Source of the DNA: Macrostomum hystrix | Lineage: Eukaryota; Animalia; Platyhelminthes | Length of the DNA: 64,000 bases | Assembly (NCBI GenBank): GCA_950097015.1 | Contig: CATNEN010000039.1 | Location: 496,001-560,000 of the forward strand | Direction: 5' to 3' | In this document: positions 60,863 to 64,000 of the stretch, piece after piece | Layout of the letters: each line of letters opens with the position of its first letter | How positions within the stretch are numbered: position 1 is the first letter of the stretch | Notes under the pieces: model-generated | The model's input: only the letters and a program-made list of their open reading frames with translations | What the model was told of the DNA's origin: nothing | Database searches by the model: none | Program-made: the position numbers and the translations under genes

Positions 60863-62512
60863 GTTGAGGACTCAAACACGCTCGAAGTTTCTCTTCGGCT
60901 GAAATTCAACCCGTGGTCGTTTCACTGTTGAGGACGCAAACACGCTCGAAGTTTCTCTTCGGCTGAGATTCAACCCGTGGTCTTTTCACTGTTGAGGACG
61001 CAAACACGCTCGAAGTTTCTCTTCGGCTGAGATTCAACCCGTGGTCTTTTCACTGTTGAGGACGCAAACACGCTCGAAGTTTCTCTTCGGCTGAGGTTCA
61101 ACCCGTGGTCGTTTCACTGTTGAGGACGCAAACACGCTCGAAGTTTCTCTTCGGCTGAGATTCAACCCGTGGTCTTTTCACTGTTGAGGACGCAAACACG
61201 CTCGAAGTTTCTCTTCGGCTGAGGTTCAACCCGTGGTCTTTTCACTGTTGAGGACGCAAACACGCTCGAAGTTTCTCTTCGGCTGAGATTCAACCCGTGG
61301 TCTTTTCACTGTTGAGGACGCAAACACGCTCGAAGTTTCTCTTCGGCTGAGGTTCAATCCGTGGTCGTTTCACTGTTGAGGACGCAAACACGCTCGAAGT
61401 TTCTCTTCGGCTGAGATTCAACCCGTGGTCTTTTCACTGTTGAGGACGCAAACACGCTCGAAGTTTCTCTTCGGCTGAGGTTCAACCCGTGGTCTTTTCA
61501 CTGTTGAGGACGCAAACACGCTCGAAGTTTCTCTTCGGCTGAGATTCAACCCGTGGTCTTTTCACTGTTGAGGACGCAAACACGCTCGAAGTTTCTCTTC
61601 GGCTGAGGTTCAACCCGTGGTCTTTTCACTGTTGAGGACGCAAACACGCTCGAAGTTTCTCTTCGGCTGAGATTCAACCCGTGGTCTTTTCACTGTTGAG
61701 GACGCAAACACGCTCGAAGTTTCTCTTACGGCTGAGATTCAACCCGTGGTCTTTTCACTGTTGAGGACGCAAACACGCTCGAAGTTTCTCTTCGGCTGAG
61801 ATTCAACCCGTGGTCTTTTCACTGTTGAGGACGCAAACACGCTCGAAGTTTCTCTTACGGCTGAGATTCAACCCGTGGTCTTTTCACTGTTGAGGACGCA
61901 AACACGCTCGAAGTTTCTCTTACGGCTGAGATTCAACCCGTGGTCTTTTCACTGTTGAGGACGCAAACACGCTCGAAGTTTCTCTTCGGCTGAGGTTCAA
62001 CCCGTGGTCGTTTCACTGTTGAGGACGCAAACACGCTCGAAGTTTCTCTTCGGCTGAGATTCAACCCGTGGTCTTTTCACTGTTGAGGACGCAAACACGC
62101 TCGAAGTTTCTCTTCGGCTGAGGTTCAACCCGTGGTCTTTTCACTGTTGAGGACGCAAACACGCTCGAAGTTTCTCTTCGGCTGAGATTCAACCCGTGGT
62201 CTTTTCACTGTTGAGGACGCAAACACGCTCGAAGTTTCTCTTCGGCTGAGGTTCAACCCGTGGTCGTTTCACTGTTGAGGACGCAAACACGCTCGAAGTT
62301 TCTCTTCGGCTGAGATTCAACCCGTGGTCTTTTCACTGTTGAGGACGCAAACACGCTCGAAGTTTCTCTTCGGCTGAGATTCAACCCGTGGTCTTTTCAC
62401 TGTTGAGGACGCAAACACGCTCGAAGTTTCTCTTCGGCTGAGATTCAACCCGTGGTCTTTTCACTGTTGAGGACGCAAACACGCTCGAAGTTTCTCTTCG
62501 GCTGAGATTCAA
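60846..62512. repeat. Satellite array, 64-bp unit, ~26 copies
   Basis: Unit cccgtggtcttttcactgttgaggacgcaaacacgctcgaagtttctcttcggctgagattcaa, highly homogeneous. Confidence 0.97.
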
Positions 62513-64000
62513 GCTCGTAGCCAGTGCATGAATTGCATCCTCAGCTGTACAACCTCCGCCTTGGCATTATGATTTCCATGGCTGTGCCAGTGCTGGACAT
62601 TGATCTACGATAAACTGTTCCACAATGAGCTAATGAAATTAATAAAATATCTAATCATCCACCTCGCTACCGCCTAAAATCCCCGGCGCAGTGCGCCCAC
62701 CTCTCTCTGCGCCGCCCAGCGGATGTTTTCCACCTGTCTGTCGCTTGTTAGGCCGATTTTACCTGGTGGAGGCGGTGGGGAGACAGCAACACCCTAGCAA
62801 CAGCAGATATGCTAGCAGGAGTCCCAAGGCCATTAGCTACCAGCATTTCGGCAGATAAAACTTTGCATCCTCAGCACATTGCACTCCTCCCATGCTCTCC
62901 CAGCACTGTTGCTGCTGCAGCCGGTATGCCGTGAAGGCCAGAGTCCAATTGTTACCGGGGTGGCTGCAGCTTGTTTGCATTGGGAGGAGGGATGGAAAGC
63001 AGGGCGAAGGCGCTATCTGCTTGGGTAGCAGTTCCTACCTGCATCCGCAGCTTGGGGGCAGCAGCTGTGCTACGTGGCTGGCGGTGCCTCATGAATTATT
63101 CAGTTCTGTCCAAGCCAAGCTTTCCGTGGGCTCCCCGCAGCTCTCCTGCCTGCTCCCAGTTTGTCCCACTGCTATTGTTTTTCCTTACTTGGGCTTTGAC
63201 TGGTCTCAGCTGCCATACTTGCCACAAGAGGCTGGCGTCAAAGAAGCCATGAAAGTCAAAGACGCTCCAACGAGCTTAATTGGCAGAGTTGCTGAATGTT
63301 TTGAAAGGGGTGAAGACTTAAAAATGTACTTTTGTTTTTGATAGTTGTTGCAAAAAATGTATTTTAGAGTGCGTATGTAAATATGGTGAGAATTAAAAAG
63401 AGTTTTGGCCTAACAGCTTTTCTCTCGATAGAGTGACTGACGCGCTTGAAGAGGGTTAAGGTTACTTAGCTTGAGTCAATAACAGACAAATAGAGAGGGG
63501 AAGTCAGGTGTACTGGCGGCTGTTACGTCGATTCCAAATTGACTGATATCAAGACGACTGTTGCTTTAGGCCATCATCGCTAGTATGAAAAACTCGAATT
63601 CCCCTCTTTAGCAAGTAGTAGGGGTTATGTGCACTCTGCCGCAGGAATTTCCGTGGAAAAGCCACGGGGCTCAGTGTGTAAACATAGGCGCCCATGTAAA
63701 TGCATTGGTGGATTCTGCCGCAGGGAAAGCCGTGGCAGTTCCGGGGAGGCCCAGGTGGATTTGCTAAAAATAGAAACAAGGGAAGTGTACATTACTGACC
63801 CACTTTACAAAGCATGCCACAAGTATATTCACTGTTCGCTGTATATTCACGTATATTCACGTTCCGCACAATAATTTTAATGCATAGAGACCTGAAATTT
63901 CATATCGTGCGTTTCTATGGCTGGAGTAACCTTGGGGTTAGTGAGTGAACATAGGAGCCTATGTAAATGCATTGATGTGCTCTGCCGCAGGGAAAGCCGT

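Noticed and set aside
60846-62512. CRISPR-like appearance of regular arrays (also 19518-20338 and 44596-45304)
   Set aside because: Units are contiguous with no unique spacers, no cas genes are present, and the context is eukaryotic.

Overview
Eukaryotic (animal) genomic DNA with GT-AG spliced, GC-rich exons and introns that mostly each carry their own minisatellite. This style suggests a macrostomid flatworm such as Macrostomum (inference only). The left 37 kb holds four closely packed minus-strand genes. In transcription order they are an uncharacterised ~4,300-aa coiled-coil/11-mer-repeat protein with a ~12-kb exon, RBBP5, CCZ1, and a MARF1/limkain-b1-like RRM+LOTUS gene with no visible NYN nuclease domain. 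Each start codon has a splice acceptor just upstream, consistent with a possible SL trans-spliced operon. The right half contains a two-exon labial/Hox1 gene whose homeobox exon is missed by the ORF track, a tRNA-derived CORE-type SINE, two hAT-type MITEs with 8-bp TSDs, a small orphan ORF, an 11-exon WASHC4 (SWIP) gene and a 64-bp satellite that appears seeded from a transposon end. More than 20 distinct tandem arrays explain most of the repetitive ORFs in the track. Exon boundaries were read by eye, and family assignments rest on recalled motifs, not database searches.
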